Below, in pieces: positions 1 to 44,108 of a DNA stretch of 64,000 bases (position 1 is the first letter of the stretch; every line of letters begins with the position of its first letter). Made by a program: the position numbers and the translations under genes. The DNA comes from Macrostomum lignano (Eukaryota): positions 186,001-250,000 of the forward strand of contig NIVC01001021.1 in NCBI GenBank assembly GCA_002269645.1. The letters run 5' to 3'. The notes under the pieces were generated by a model that worked only from the letters and a program-made list of their open reading frames with translations, was not told where the DNA came from and did not search any database.

Positions 1-1020
1 GAACTGCCAAGAACTGAATGGCGAGCAATTCTGCTCAACCACTTTCATGCGGGACGCAACGCAGCAGAGGCACATCGCGAGTTGTTGCAGCTGATGGGCT
101 CACATGAACCCTCCAAGTCGTCGGTGTACGACTGGTTCTCTCGCTTTGCTGAGGAGAACTATGAGCTGAAGGACAAGCCGAGGTCAGGCCGACCCCCTGC
201 TGTTGATGGCGATGCCGTTCTCCAAGCCCTTGAGGACAATCCGGACTACAGCCTGCGCAAGCTGTCAGCCGCTACTGGGGTGTCCTATGGCACGGTCCGG
301 CGGAGCCTGCATACTGTGGACAAGGTGCCAAAGAAGCCAACTCTGGTGCCCCATAAGCTGACACCTCAGCAGCTGAGAGCCAGGGTGGATGTGACAACTT
401 CGAATCTTCGCCAGGCCGGTTCGCCAAACTTTCTCAAGTCGATAATCGCTCAAGACGAGAAGTGGGTCTGCTATGAGAACCCAAGCACATCAGCTGTCTG
501 GGTCGATGCTTCTGAAGAACCACCCAGCTGCCCAATGCGGAACCCCCACTGCGGCAAGGAGCTGCTCTCTTTCTGGTTCTGCTCGTCTGGCCCTGTTTTC
601 TGGGAGGTCATCCCGCATGGCATGGCTGTGAACGGGGAGGTGATCTGCAGCGAATTGGAGCAGGTCGCCCGTGTGCTGCGATCCGTGTGCCCGGGGCACC
701 GCGACAAGGTGCTCCTCTTCGACAATGCGCGGCCTCACAAAGCAAGACTCACCCAGGCCAAGCTGGCAAGCCTGGGCTTCAGTGTTTTGCCCCACCCAAC
801 ATACTCGCCAGACCTCTCGCCATGCGACTACCATGTGTTCAGGTCTCTCCAGAGCTTTTGTGATGGACAGCGGTTTGCCAACAAGCAACATGTGGAGCAG
901 GCAGTGCAGAAATGGATAGATTCAAGGCCTGCGAGCTTCTGGAGGGAGGGGATTGAGGCATTGCCAGGTAGATGGGAGAGGGTCAGGGCCTTGAATGGCA
1001 ACAACATCACATCGCTGTAA
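1..1020 (+). CDS. Mariner transposase, uninterrupted (frame open from base 1)
   Basis: Frame 1 has no stop from 1 to 1020 (ELPRTEWRAILLNHF...). Motifs: N-terminal HTH region, LVPHKL (WVPHEL-like), IIAQDEKW, LLFDNARPH, HPTYSPDLSPCDYH. There are 34 residues between the 2nd and 3rd catalytic Asp. Confidence 0.95.
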   Translation, partial: ELPRTEWRAILLNHFHAGRNAAEAHRELLQLMGSHEPSKSSVYDWFSRFAEENYELKDKPRSGRPPAVDGDAVLQALEDNPDYSLRKLSAATGVSYGTVRRSLHTVDKVPKKPTLVPHKLTPQQLRARVDVTTSNLRQAGSPNFLKSIIAQDEKWVCYENPSTSAVWVDASEEPPSCPMRNPHCGKELLSFWFCSSGPVFWEVIPHGMAVNGEVICSELEQVARVLRSVCPGHRDKVLLFDNARPHKARLTQAKLASLGFSVLPHPTYSPDLSPCDYHVFRSLQSFCDGQRFANKQHVEQAVQKWIDSRPASFWREGIEALPGRWERVRALNGNNITSL

Positions 1021-1092
1021 ACTGTTTGTTCTTGACACTATTTGTTATAGTTTTAAATTGTTCAAATTCCGGAAACTTTTGGCTCACCCGAA
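1..1092 (+). mobile_element. Mariner (Tc1/mariner, DD34D) DNA transposon, 5' end outside window
   Basis: Transposase ORF followed by a mariner-like 3' end (...ccggaaacttttggctcacccgaa) and TA at 1093-1094. The 5' TIR is not visible, so the TIR pair is unconfirmed. Confidence 0.9.
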
Positions 1093-1114
1093 TAATAATA
1101 ATTATCTTAACTAA

Positions 1115-1358
1115 TTACACCTGCCTTAATGGCCAGATATGCAACCGACAGCTCAGCCGCAGCTATTGCGCGGCGCATCTGAAGGCTGCGTACGGCTGTT
1201 CAGTCCAAACTGGGGGGTCGCCACACACACCCTCAATTACCCCAGCTAATGCTGGCACCCATTTTACAGCTGGGTGAACTGAAGCAATGCAGAGTTAAGT
1301 GTCTTGCTCAAGGACACAAATTGTTACGAGTGGGATAGAGAATCGAACTTCCGACCTT
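1115..1358 (-). mobile_element. tRNA-derived CORE-SINE copy (head damaged)
   Basis: Reverse complement of the family at 44741-45025. Contains the CORE-like tgtgtccttgagcaagacacttaac...ctgtaaaatggg and a B-box remnant. Confidence 0.8.
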
Positions 1359-2199
1359 TTAAGGACTGGCTTGGAACACGATCGGTACAGCATGTATCAG
1401 ATTTACAGCGTATTTTAAATCAGCTCTCCTGGGTGCAGGTGCAAAAGCCAGTCCTTGAAAATAAGCAGAAGTTGTTAGAAACAAGAGATAGCACCTGTTC
1501 CTGACTGTACGAGCCGATAATCCGATGCTACAGATGCTGTCTCTGACCATTTTCAGTCAGTTGTGCAAAGCTTACTTCTTCTTAATTTCAAGGGCTATAG
1601 ATTCTGTAGCCAGTGGTTGAATCAAATGTAGTTTTGAACTGATAAAATTTCACAGATTTTTTAGTATGCAACGCACCTCGAGCTCAGAGCATACTTGTAC
1701 CGAACAGGAACTAATTAAAATAGTTAAAAAGACTTTAATGTCAAACAATTTTTTTTACCTTTTTCCCTTTTCACACTTTTCAAACTGTCATAAGCGCACT
1801 AAAATGAAATTTTGATATCGTGAATTCGTCAACCTTGCTAATGGAGCCGCCAAACCAGATCTTTACATAGGCGTCCCTGTTCGTGCTTTCCTTTATTCGA
1901 TCTCGTCCCCTTCTTATTTGATAAAATTCTGCAACAAATCTGCTTCAGGACCCTGGGATTGTTGTGCGTATTTTTCATTCCCGTCAGTCCTTTGCAAAGT
2001 GAATAATCAGCTTTGATGGCTTTTTGAGCCGCAGTTGTACTTTTCCGTGAAACAAATCATCGACTAAAATTTTAGTGCAGTTTTATAGTCTAATATAAAG
2101 ACTGCGCCACATATCGGGAATTCGCTTATGTCTGCTTGTAAGTTATCGTGTAGGTAGGGGGAGGTAAAGAGAAATATGGGTAGAAAAGGGATAGCGAAA

Positions 2200-2580
2200 G
2201 GTAGAGTGGTAGAGAGAGATAGAGAGGTAGAGAGAAGTAGAGAAAGAAGTAGAGAGAGAAGTAGAGAGAGGTAGAGAGAGAAGTAGAGAGAGGTAGAGAG
2301 AGCAGTAGAGAGATAGAGAGAGAAGTAGAGAGAGGTAGAGAGAGCAGTAGAGAGATAAAGAGAGAAGTAGAGAGAGGTAGAGAGAGAAGTAGAGAGAGGT
2401 AGAGAGAGAAGTAGAGAGAGGTAGAGAGAGTAAGAGAGAGGGGTAGAGAGATAGAGAGAGAGAAGTAGAGAGAGAGGTAGAGAGAGAAGTAGAGAGAGAG
2501 GTAGAGAGGTAGAGAGGTAGAGAGAGAAGAGAGTTGGGAGAGTTAAAGAGAGTTGGTAGAGAGAGTCAGAGAGAAGTAGA
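2200..2580. repeat. GA-rich degenerate tandem repeat (gtagagagaga-like)
   Basis: Visible ~11-nt periodic array. Confidence 0.85.
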
Positions 2581-3089
2581 GCGAGTGTAAGTGCAACCGT
2601 TTCTTTTATTTCTCCCCTTCTCTTCTTTCCATTTCCTGATTCCTATTTTAGTTTACAAAAAATGCCCCCAGGGAACCTGTAATTATCAGTTTCCCCCTGA
2701 CAGTTTTCTAATAATAAAATAGTCAGTTTTGATTTTGCCCTGCTCGAGCAGCATTCGACATGGGCCATTGCACGCGAGAAAAAGATGCTGTCTTAAGGAT
2801 GAGAATTAGTACATTTTCCCTTCGTGGTTGAATTGGCAAAGGCGTTGTTGCCTATTTTTTCAAGTGCTGCCCGAGCGGAAATCCATTAGGGTTAGGCTTA
2901 TTTTATGCTTGTTTCATGGGCAACTGCCTAGGCCAGAGAGAGGCGATGCTGTCCCCGAGGGTTACTTGTTTGTACTATTCAAAAGAAGTACTACAAAACT
3001 TATCAACTAGTCATCGAACTTGTTTTCGATATCAGACTTTGAATTTGTGGAATATGGTATTATAAGATTTAAAGTATATTTACAATAAT

Positions 3090-4849
3090 CATCAATCTCC
3101 CCAGTCTCACCAATCTCACCAATCTCACCAATCTCACTAATCAATCTCATCAATCTCATCAATCTCATCAATCTCACCAATCTCACCAATCTCACCAATC
3201 TCACCAATCTCACCAATCTCACTAATCTCACCAACCTCACCAATCTCACCAATCTCATTAATCTCATCAATCTCACCAATCTCACCAATCTCACTAATCA
3301 ATCTCATCAATCTCATCAATCTCATCAATCTCATCAATCTCACCAATCTCAACAATCTCACTAATCAATCTCATCAATCTCACCAATCTCACCAATCTCA
3401 CCAATCTCTCCAATCTCACCAATCTCACCAATCTCTCCAATCTCAACAATCTCATCAATCTCATCAATCTCGCCAATCTCACCAACCTCACCAACCTCGC
3501 CAATCTCACTAATCTCACCAACCTCACCAATCTCACTAATCTCACCAACCTAACCAATCTCACCAATCTCACCAATCTCACTAATCTCACCAACCTCACC
3601 AATCTCACTAATCTCACCAACCTAACCAATCTCACCAATCTCACCAATCTCACCAATCTCACCAATCTCACCAACCTCACCAATCTCACCAATCTCACCA
3701 ATCTCACCAATCTCACCAATCTCACCAATCTCACCAATCTCTCCAATCTCAACAATCTCATCAATCTCATCAATCTCGTCGATCTCACCAACCTCGCCAA
3801 TCTCACTAATCTCACCAACCTCACCAATCTCACTAATCTCACCAACCTAACCAATCTCACCAATCTCACCAATCTCACTAATCTCACCAACCTCACCAAT
3901 CTCACTAATCTCACCAACCTAACCAATCTCACCAATCTCACCAATCTCACCAATCTCACCAATCTCACCAACCTCACCAATCTCACCAATCTCACCAATC
4001 TCACCAATCTCACCAATCTCTCCAAACTCAACAATCTCATCAATCTCATCAATCTCGTCGATCTCACCAATCTCACCAATCTCACCAATCTCACTAATCT
4101 CACCAACCTAACCAATCTCACCAATCTCACCAATCTCACTAATCTCACCAACCTCACCAATCTCACTAATCTCACCAACCTAACCAATCTCACCAATCTC
4201 ACCAACCTCGCCAATCTCACTAATCTCACCAACCTAACCAATCTCACCAATCTCACCAATCTCACTAATCTCACCAACCTCACCAATCTCACTAATCTCA
4301 CCAACCTAACCAATCTCACCAATCTCACCAATCTCACTAATCTCACCAACCTCACCAATCTCACTAATCTCACCAACCTCACCAATCTCACTAATCTCAC
4401 CAACCTAACCAATCTCACCAATCTCAACAATCTCACCAATCTCACTAATCTCACCAACCTCACCAACCTCACCAATCTCACCAATCTCACTAATCTCACC
4501 AATCTCATTAATCTCACCAATCTCACCAATCTCACCAATCTCACCAATCTCACCAACCTCACCAATCTCACCAACCTCACTAATCTCACCAATCTCACTA
4601 ATCTCACCAACCTCACTAATCTCACTAATGTCACTAATCTCACCAACCTCACTAATCTCATCAACCTCATTAACCTCACCAATCTCACCAATCTCACCAA
4701 TCTCACCAATCTCACCAATCTCACCAATCTCACCAACCTCACCAATCTCACCAACCTCACTAATCTCACCAATCTCACTAATCTCACTAATCTCACCAAC
4801 CTCACCAATCTCACTAATCTCACCAACCTCACCAATCTCACCAATCTCA
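3090..4849. repeat. 9-bp minisatellite (TCTCACCAA)n with variants
   Basis: About 1.75 kb array; source of the RLV/ISP repeat ORFs. Confidence 0.97.
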
Positions 4850-5228
4850 TGGGGAGACAGCAGCGTGACTCACAGGGATGCAGCCCTCTGTGGAGCAGAC
4901 CTAGACTGACCTTCGGTTTTGTAGTTTCTAAGAAATATCTTCAAGTAGCCGAGTAGTTTGAGTTCCAATTTTCGAGAATTAAAAGCATTAGGATAGACTT
5001 GTAGTTTCCACAGATTCGTACCTACCGAAAGACTTGGGACTTTACTACCGGGCCTTGGAGTTGTGTGACGGTTGGAACGATGACGTTGCAACAATCAATG
5101 AGCATCTGTGCCGTTTGAAAACAGTTGCGTCGTGCATTGGTCGTTGGCTTTCCTGAAGCAAGGGTTGAGAGAGGGGGAGAGAGGAGACAGAAATGAGGCA
5201 TACTCCCCCCCCCCCTAACTCAGAAGCC

Positions 5229-5240
5229 AGCCAATCAGCG
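5229..5240 (+). promoter_or_regulatory. CCAAT box upstream of the SCY1-like gene
   Basis: ccagccaatcag lies ~135 nt upstream of the first in-frame ATG (5369). Motif match only. Confidence 0.35.
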
Positions 5241-5368
5241 AGCCACGCGAGGATCTTAAAAACAGCCTGTCTAAGACCAATTTGCTCTGTTTCCTCCGTG
5301 TCTTCGCTATAATTTCTTCAAGCTCCGCAGTCCTCTACTAGAAGAAGATCTCTGTGTATAGATAGAAA

Positions 5369-37244
<31,876 letters not shown>

Positions 37245-37497
37245 TGCTCACCATTGAAGTTGCAGTTTGTACTTTTTACAGTAGAATACTGATTTGATTA
37301 TGAATTTAATGCTTCTGATTCAAGTTTCAATTGTGACACAAATATGCACTCAAGCGGATTTGTTGGTTAAATAAAATTGCCGAAATAAAAGTCGATTTCA
37401 AAGCTTGTAATGAAAGTCGATAAAGTTTCATCACTTTAATTGGTCTTTGGGTCTATGAGTCATCAGTGATTTAATCGTTTTTTGTGCTCTGTATTGC

Positions 37498-37920
37498 TCT
37501 ACTACCCAAATCTGCTGTTCTACTACCCAAATCTGCTGTTCTACTACCCAAATCTGCTGTTCTACTACCCAAATCTGCTGTTCTACTACACTAATCTGCT
37601 GTTCTACTACACTAGTCTATTGTTCAACTACCCTGATCTACATTTCTACTACTCTGATCTACTGTTCTACTACCCTGATCTACAGTTCTACTACCCTGAT
37701 CTACAGTTCTACTACCCTGATCTACAGTTCTACTACCCTGATCTACAGTTCTACTACCCTGATCTACAGTTCTACTACTCTGATCTACAGTTCTACTACC
37801 CTGATCTACAGTTATACTACCCTGATCTACCATTAAACTACCCTGATCTACTGTTCTACTACCCTGATCTACTGTTCTACTACTCTGATCTGCTGCTTTA
37901 CTACCCTAATTTGCTGTTCT
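37498..37920. repeat. 21-bp minisatellite (ctactaccctgatctacagtt and variants)
   Basis: Lies between the convergent 3' ends of the SCY1-like gene and UGCG. Confidence 0.92.
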
Positions 37921-39495
37921 ATTCTACCACCCCTCGTCTATTTTTCCCTTCAATCTTGCAGAACTGCACTACATTTACTTTATTAATACACTTCAAGTAT
38001 GTACCAGCTACTGCAGCTACCCTGAATTTTACAGAATAATTCCTGTTAAATTAGCTGCCACAATGCAAACACGTGATATTTGAACTGCAAATGCGCTGCC
38101 TCCGCCCGGAATTTCACTGTCTGTACCTGGTAGCGCGTTAAATCCAGTTAAACGCAGTTTCGCGTACATAACTGCGTATACGAGCGTATGCATTTAGAAC
38201 AAAACGTTGCCAAAAAAATGAGCCATATTCACTTTTTCTCATCCGCTGCGAATTCCAATTCAGACATTTGCACACACACCCACACACACAGAACTGAACT
38301 ACCCAAAACAGACCTAATCGAGAGGCTTTGATATACAGCGAATGCAAAGTTTCCTTCCAAATACTTCAAGTGCGCACTTGGTTAAACAAGAGCTGAACTG
38401 ATAGCTATGGGGGTATTTGGACAGGAGACACGAGACAGCTAGGGCGACTTACAGCAGCGCTTGTTTCGAAGAATTCATGCCAATCCAGCTCTAGCCCTGC
38501 TTGCACAGCGGTGTTCAAATCAAACGGAACGGTCCCGAGCAGAGTTCCAGATCTCTCTGTGTCTCTTTTACTCTCTTTGAGCTAGGCCCGTTTCTTAGCA
38601 TTCAAAAGTCCGAATTACAGGTTTAATAAGGCTCCTTTAAATAAAGCAAACAGAAGCAAAGGAACAAGCCTACCTGATTTCCAGCTTTTGGCTGGGGCAT
38701 ACATTAATAAGTTTTATTGTTGCAGCGACTAGACAAGTCAGGGCAATTAGCAGGCAAGCACTTGAGTTCGGAGAATGCATGTCAAATCAAGGACAAAGGG
38801 CTACAAGAGGGTGTGCAAATTAAAACCAGGTGCAGCAGTAATAAAGTACTGAAAATTACTTTGGAAGGAAACATGGGGGGCAATTCGAGCAGATATACGC
38901 AGCTGCGGGCGTCGCGCAATACAATTAATTGTACAAATAAAGTGTATACATGCAGCGCATACCGGCTTACCCTGCCAGTCCATAAGAGACAGGTGGTACG
39001 CGAACTCGTAGGTAAAAATGACATTTATGATACGAGCTACGCAACAATTTTAAACAAACCGGCAAGATCGGGGTCTTTCAGATTTAACGAGCGTATAAAA
39101 ATAGCAGCTAATAGAAGAAAAGACGCGTCAAAGGATTTTACGTCTAGCTAGAGGAAACTGGTGAATAGTCTGCTTTGAAATAGAATGAATGAGAGGACAG
39201 ATTGTGCTGACACAGCCGCAGTGGAGGCCAAATTTGACTGGCACTGAGCCAAAGTTAGCTCGTATATCTGCTTGGTTATTCAATTCTAACCTATCCGAAT
39301 AAAGGCTATTAAGATTAAAAAAAACAATTTAAGACGGTCAAACTACGAAATAATGAAGAACAAAATGCCACATTGTCATGCGCATCAGCTAGGGGTTCAA
39401 GGAGTGTTTGAATCGATTTCAACACCGGGAGACCAAGAGTGCTGCTACTGTGTCCTGCTTTTCCCTTGGAAAATATAGCTTACTTGCAGCTATCA

Positions 39496-40752
39496 TCAAA
39501 GCGTCGGTTTACTGCTAGCGTTAGTCAACTTCTGCTGCGACGACACTTCGTGGGTGGCGCCGCCCCAGCTCAGCCGGAAGCGCCGATTTCGCCAGACAAT
39601 CTCGGAGCGACTAAGCGAGACCAGCAGATTCAACGGCGTCATGCCGACGCAGAGCAGCCAGGCGCAAACGAATTCAACGCGGCCGAATTGCGGCTTCTCG
39701 TCAACGCCAGCGGTGTCCATGCAGCTGCGCAGCATGGCATAGTCGGCTAGGAGCCACGTCAGGCAGTGAATCAGGAAGCAGGCGCAGGGATTCAAGCTGG
39801 GGAAGAGGAACGGCAGAGCCCACGCGCCTAGCAGGCCGGCCGCTAAGCACTCGGCGATGAGCTCCAGTAGAATGATGTGCGGCACCATAGCGGTGCGGAG
39901 CTGGGCCCAGCGAATCAATCTTCGTTGAAGGAATCTCACTTCGCCTGTGCCATCCTGTAGAGCCGGATAGTGCGACACGGACACTCGGTAGCCTCTTGAC
40001 TGGATGTGCTGCGCTAAGAAGAAATCCTCGGCCAAGTAGCGCCCGAAGTAGGCCAGGCCGCTGGGAAGCTCGTCCACAACCTGCCTGCGGAATAAGCATG
40101 ACATCCCGGTGCAGCAGGTGATGCCTAAACAGTTGGCGCTAATATAGGACTTGGCGTGCGAGCAGCCAAAGTAGGCGGAGTGTACAAGACTGCGGAAGCC
40201 CGGTCGTTGATCTACGAATGGCATCTGATGCACCAAGCCGACGTCCTTCTGGTTGATGCACCAAACCATGTCTGCGAGGGCCTCTGGTCGCATTTTGACA
40301 CCGCTATCGGAGATAAGCACCAGCTGATGCTTCGCAGTCTGGTAGCCTTGCATCATGTTGTTTATCTTCGGATTCACGCCGCACAAGATTGGTGAGCACA
40401 GCAGTCGAGCCTCTACAGCCGGGTACTTCTCCATGAGAGTCTCTATCACCATTCGGGCGGAGTCGGAGTCGGACTCCAGGCAGAACAGCAGCTCATATTT
40501 GGGGTACTGCAGCGTGAAGAAGGTCTCCAGATTTGCGTACACGTTCCGATCGATCCCAACGAGCGGTTTGATGATTGAAACGCCTGGAAGTCCAGCCTCC
40601 AGCATGTCTGGACTGAAGTTAACTCGCCGGTAGAAGTACACCCTAGCCCAAATGATGGCGAGGATGTAGGCCGTGAGCAGCACAGCGAGCATGGCGACCA
40701 CGAAGAGGGCCGCGGCCAACTGGGCGTAGTGCAAATAGCTCGAATGTAACAT
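39496..40752 (-). CDS. UGCG: Ceramide glucosyltransferase (glucosylceramide synthase, GT21), single exon, 418 aa
   Basis: N-terminal TM helix, GVSIIKPLVG, NLETFF.L.YPKYELLFC, GVNPKINNM, ISDSG, VGLVHQMPF, C.TGMSCLFR, YLAEDFFLA, RLIRWAQLR (D,D,D,R/QxxRW signature), C-terminal hydrophobic segments, W...RF.L.WGG. Confidence 0.97.
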   Translation of the reverse strand: MLHSSYLHYAQLAAALFVVAMLAVLLTAYILAIIWARVYFYRRVNFSPDMLEAGLPGVSIIKPLVGIDRNVYANLETFFTLQYPKYELLFCLESDSDSARMVIETLMEKYPAVEARLLCSPILCGVNPKINNMMQGYQTAKHQLVLISDSGVKMRPEALADMVWCINQKDVGLVHQMPFVDQRPGFRSLVHSAYFGCSHAKSYISANCLGITCCTGMSCLFRRQVVDELPSGLAYFGRYLAEDFFLAQHIQSRGYRVSVSHYPALQDGTGEVRFLQRRLIRWAQLRTAMVPHIILLELIAECLAAGLLGAWALPFLFPSLNPCACFLIHCLTWLLADYAMLRSCMDTAGVDEKPQFGRVEFVCAWLLCVGMTPLNLLVSLSRSEIVWRNRRFRLSWGGATHEVSSQQKLTNASSKPTL

Positions 40753-42344
40753 TTTTCTCGGTCAGTCGGTCGGTCGGAGAAGTCAAATCTTCTCGAGTCG
40801 AGTCGAAGTCAGTCGAAGCGAAGCGCGGATAATAAGAGAGGTTGCTCAATGCAATGGGATTAATAAGTAGACTCTGTAGACTTGGGCCAGCGGATCCCTG
40901 AGCCAACCGGGGTTGGGGTAGGGGTGGGTAGACGGTCGAGCTGCAGCAGCGACTTAAACCGATTCGTTCTCTTTCTTCCCTTTCTGTCTGGCTGACTGTC
41001 TCGGCCTTTCAATAATCCGTGTGCGTGTGTGTGTGTGTGCAGGCCCAGCGACACACAGTATGCTTGTGTTGGCTAGCGGGACTGCAGGCAGCCGTCGCAG
41101 TACCACGGATCAATGTATTGAAGAAATCAGAGCGAACGATAACGATTGTGGCTTAAAATACATACTGGAGAGAGGAGTCGCTCGCGCACACACTGACTCC
41201 TAGGAACGGAGCTTGGCCAAATTTATTTGCCGCGATTGTGACTCAACGCCCCTCTCTCCCCCTACTCTCACCCTCTCCTCTGACTCCGTCTCCGCTCTGC
41301 GTGCGCGCAAGTCGCAGCCGAAGAGATTGCCAAACCTGGAGGGAGAGAGGTGGGAAATTGCATGAAATAGTTACGTTGCGTTGGCAGCCTGGCGAATACA
41401 AGCAAAAACAGTCGAAATCAAAAACCAGTTGGCAAACTGGGAACGCCACCCCACAATCACTACTCTCGTGCTGCCACCACCACACCCCGTGTGCTGTCTC
41501 GCTGTGTGCAACGTGCGAACTAACTTGTATTACAGATTGGCTGGATTCACCCTATAAGGCCAACCACGTGTACAATGCCCCCCGATCTTACTGGACTTTG
41601 TGCCATCTTTAGCTTAGTTTATTATATCATAATAAATCTTTACCATGCAGCGTGTGACGCATGGACCGTGAAATTTCTAAGTTACTGTAACTGTACACAA
41701 GAAATATATCGGGCTTAGCGTGCATGCATTCGCGCATTTATGGAATTTAGTGACATAAAAACTTCTTGCCGCTTTGCATAGCTAACAAGTGCAAGTGGTC
41801 ACATTCTGGCATTAATACATGGTTTTATTTATCAAGTACGCTCGTATAGCAAATGTGAAAACGTCAAGTTATATTTAGACGGCCGTAATTGTCCACTAAT
41901 GACGCACACACAGGCACGCATTATTCTGGCCGGTGAAAATGCCCATTCATCTCGCTATACTTGTACATGTATAGATGCCTGAACTCTTCATCTGCTTATC
42001 ACTACATCCATGTTCTCTATACCCAACCTACACCCACACTACTAATTCATCCAGAAACCGTGCAGTCTCTCCCATCGCAACTATCAAGTGACCGCGTGGT
42101 CTCACAAAGTATAGCTTTTCCAAGTCAGTAATGCAGTGAGCAAATAATCTGCTGCTCAATTGTTTTGCATATTGTGCATTGGTGACGTACTGGTCCCATT
42201 GCTCACTGGCAGAATGCTAAGGGACAATCACAGTTTTACATACAGAGAAACTACAATGATCCATAGCCTTCCCTGTGCCGAAATGAGACATGGGGCTAAA
42301 CATATAATAAATGATCCTAGGACATTTATTATATTTAGCAACAT

Positions 42345-42418
42345 GTCCTTGAACTGAACAGCAATAGCTGCGGTTGAGCTGTCGGTTGCACATCTGCCAG
42401 TTAGAGCAGGTGTAATCT
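42345..42418 (+). mobile_element. 3' fragment of the CORE-SINE family
   Basis: Matches the last ~75 nt of the copy at 44741-45025 (gctgtcggttgcacatctgcc...caggtgtaatc). Confidence 0.7.
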
Positions 42419-42784
42419 AGGATAAATGAGGATAAATGAACAAAAATGAAAGATTTGAATGGATACATGACAACTGTGCAGAATAGATATTTCTCTACAT
42501 CTCCAGCAGGGACCCGACACATTTAGATTTTGCTAAGTTTTCACTAATACATATATACATAACACAATCACAAGGCAGTCGGTTCATAACCAAGTGTTAA
42601 GTACAGAGGCTACTTGGAATGGTACTTGGCTACTGAATGATGCAAGTTGAATGTTAGCATGATTCTGTCCTATTATTGCAGAACGGCTGTGGGCACTCTG
42701 GTGCAACGCCTTCTGCAAAATTGTTCCATGATTAGCGGTAAGGCAATTCTGCTCATTCCACTGACTCCTGAGCGCGCCCAGCAA

Positions 42785-43110
42785 GGTGACGTTTCGACCA
42801 CCGCCTGCCCCAGCCGAGACCTTTGGCGGTCGGGCAGCGCTTCGGACTGGAGGACGGCTCGGATCGAACGGAAGGCCACCCAGGCAACTCCTCTGCGCCA
42901 CCGGAGGTCCACGTGGGGCACCAGACCGCCGAGGTAGGTTAACCGCTGGCAGCGTGCGAGCTTGGTCGTCTGCCCGTCTGCGCCGCGGCACGTCAGGTCC
43001 GCTGGGATGTCGGCCGGCACAGTCAGCACCTCGGTCTTCAGCATGTTGACAACTAGACCGACGCTCGATGCCACCTCGACCAGCCTGTCGATCTGGCACT
43101 GGGCGCTTTG
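42785..43110 (-). mobile_element. Non-LTR retrotransposon (RTE/L2-like) reverse transcriptase relic
   Basis: GLVVNMLKTEVL, LTYLGG, RRGVAWVAFRSIRAVL, QAVVET are typical late-RT/thumb motifs; overlaps in homology with 56392-56965. Confidence 0.8.
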
Positions 43111-44108
43111 GTTTACGCACTCGTACGCTCGTATACACGCTCCCACAGAGTGTACAGCGGCCCTGGCTTCCTAATCATCAGGCATGTACACTCTCTGTGC
43201 CTCGGGGTTGGCCCTCATCGCTGTGAATCGCACGACAACCCACCAGCCAAATCGTCGTGTACAAAAGCCTAAATGAAGGTGGCCGCGAGCGGTATCAAAC
43301 CAGTGATCGAGTCGCAAAAGTCAGACGCGTTATTACGGCAGAACTGCTCTGACCCCATGATTCTGCTCCTGACATATTGCACCAGAAAGTATTGACCTAA
43401 GAATATTCCCAGGCGAAAATTGAAGCAAACGTCGAGACCACGAGTGAACAAAGTAGTGTATCGCGTTTCTCAAGTTTCTGCTGCTTGAGCTGCATGGTAT
43501 CTACAGTTCTTGAACAGTGAGCTCAAACTGACCACTGTTCGGAAGTGCTATTCCTAGAATAACTTCTTTACTGATAAGCATAACAACACTCACAAAAACC
43601 AGTAGCTATCTTGTAAGAAGTACTCAAAACAAGTCATGCTTTCCTAGCGTGTAAGACTGTTGACTCAGATTTTTAACAAAAATTTACACTGATAATGAGG
43701 GACTTAGTATTTGCAGTTTATTTCTAAACAATATTTTCGTGGCTAGGACTCGTGGTACACTGGTCCTATTTCTATAGTGTAATAGCCAAAAAATTTATTC
43801 TGTTAGCTGCTTAACTTGCTTAACAGTAGCACGAGATATTGCGAGATAAATAAATCAGCGAGTAAAACAGCTATGTTCTACTTTTAGTAGCATCTCGCAA
43901 CGCATTATGTTCTATAGCTAATAATAAGTCCTAACTGTGTACTAATTGTGCAAATTTATAAATAATTTTGATTTTTATGCATCTAAATGTATCGAAGAGT
44001 TAAGTTTAAAGCAATTCTAAAACTGCTTACTGCTTGCTGCTGGTTTAAAACATTTCTCCGGCTGTTTTGCCAAACTGCTTACTGGACAGTTGTTTTGCCC
44101 TACTAGAC

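Noticed and set aside
3007-4909. 518-aa RLV-repeat and related ORFs
   Set aside because: Translations of a 9-bp minisatellite; no unique domain or supported start.
37482-38039. Tyr-rich YYPDLQF repeat ORF (eggshell/adhesive-like)
   Set aside because: No ATG or signal peptide; a 21-bp non-coding array downstream of the SCY1-like poly(A) signal. Transcript data would be needed to revive it.
38717-39151. 144-aa + strand ORF
   Set aside because: Starts at TTG, has no motif or splice support, and lies downstream of UGCG in its probable 3' UTR region.
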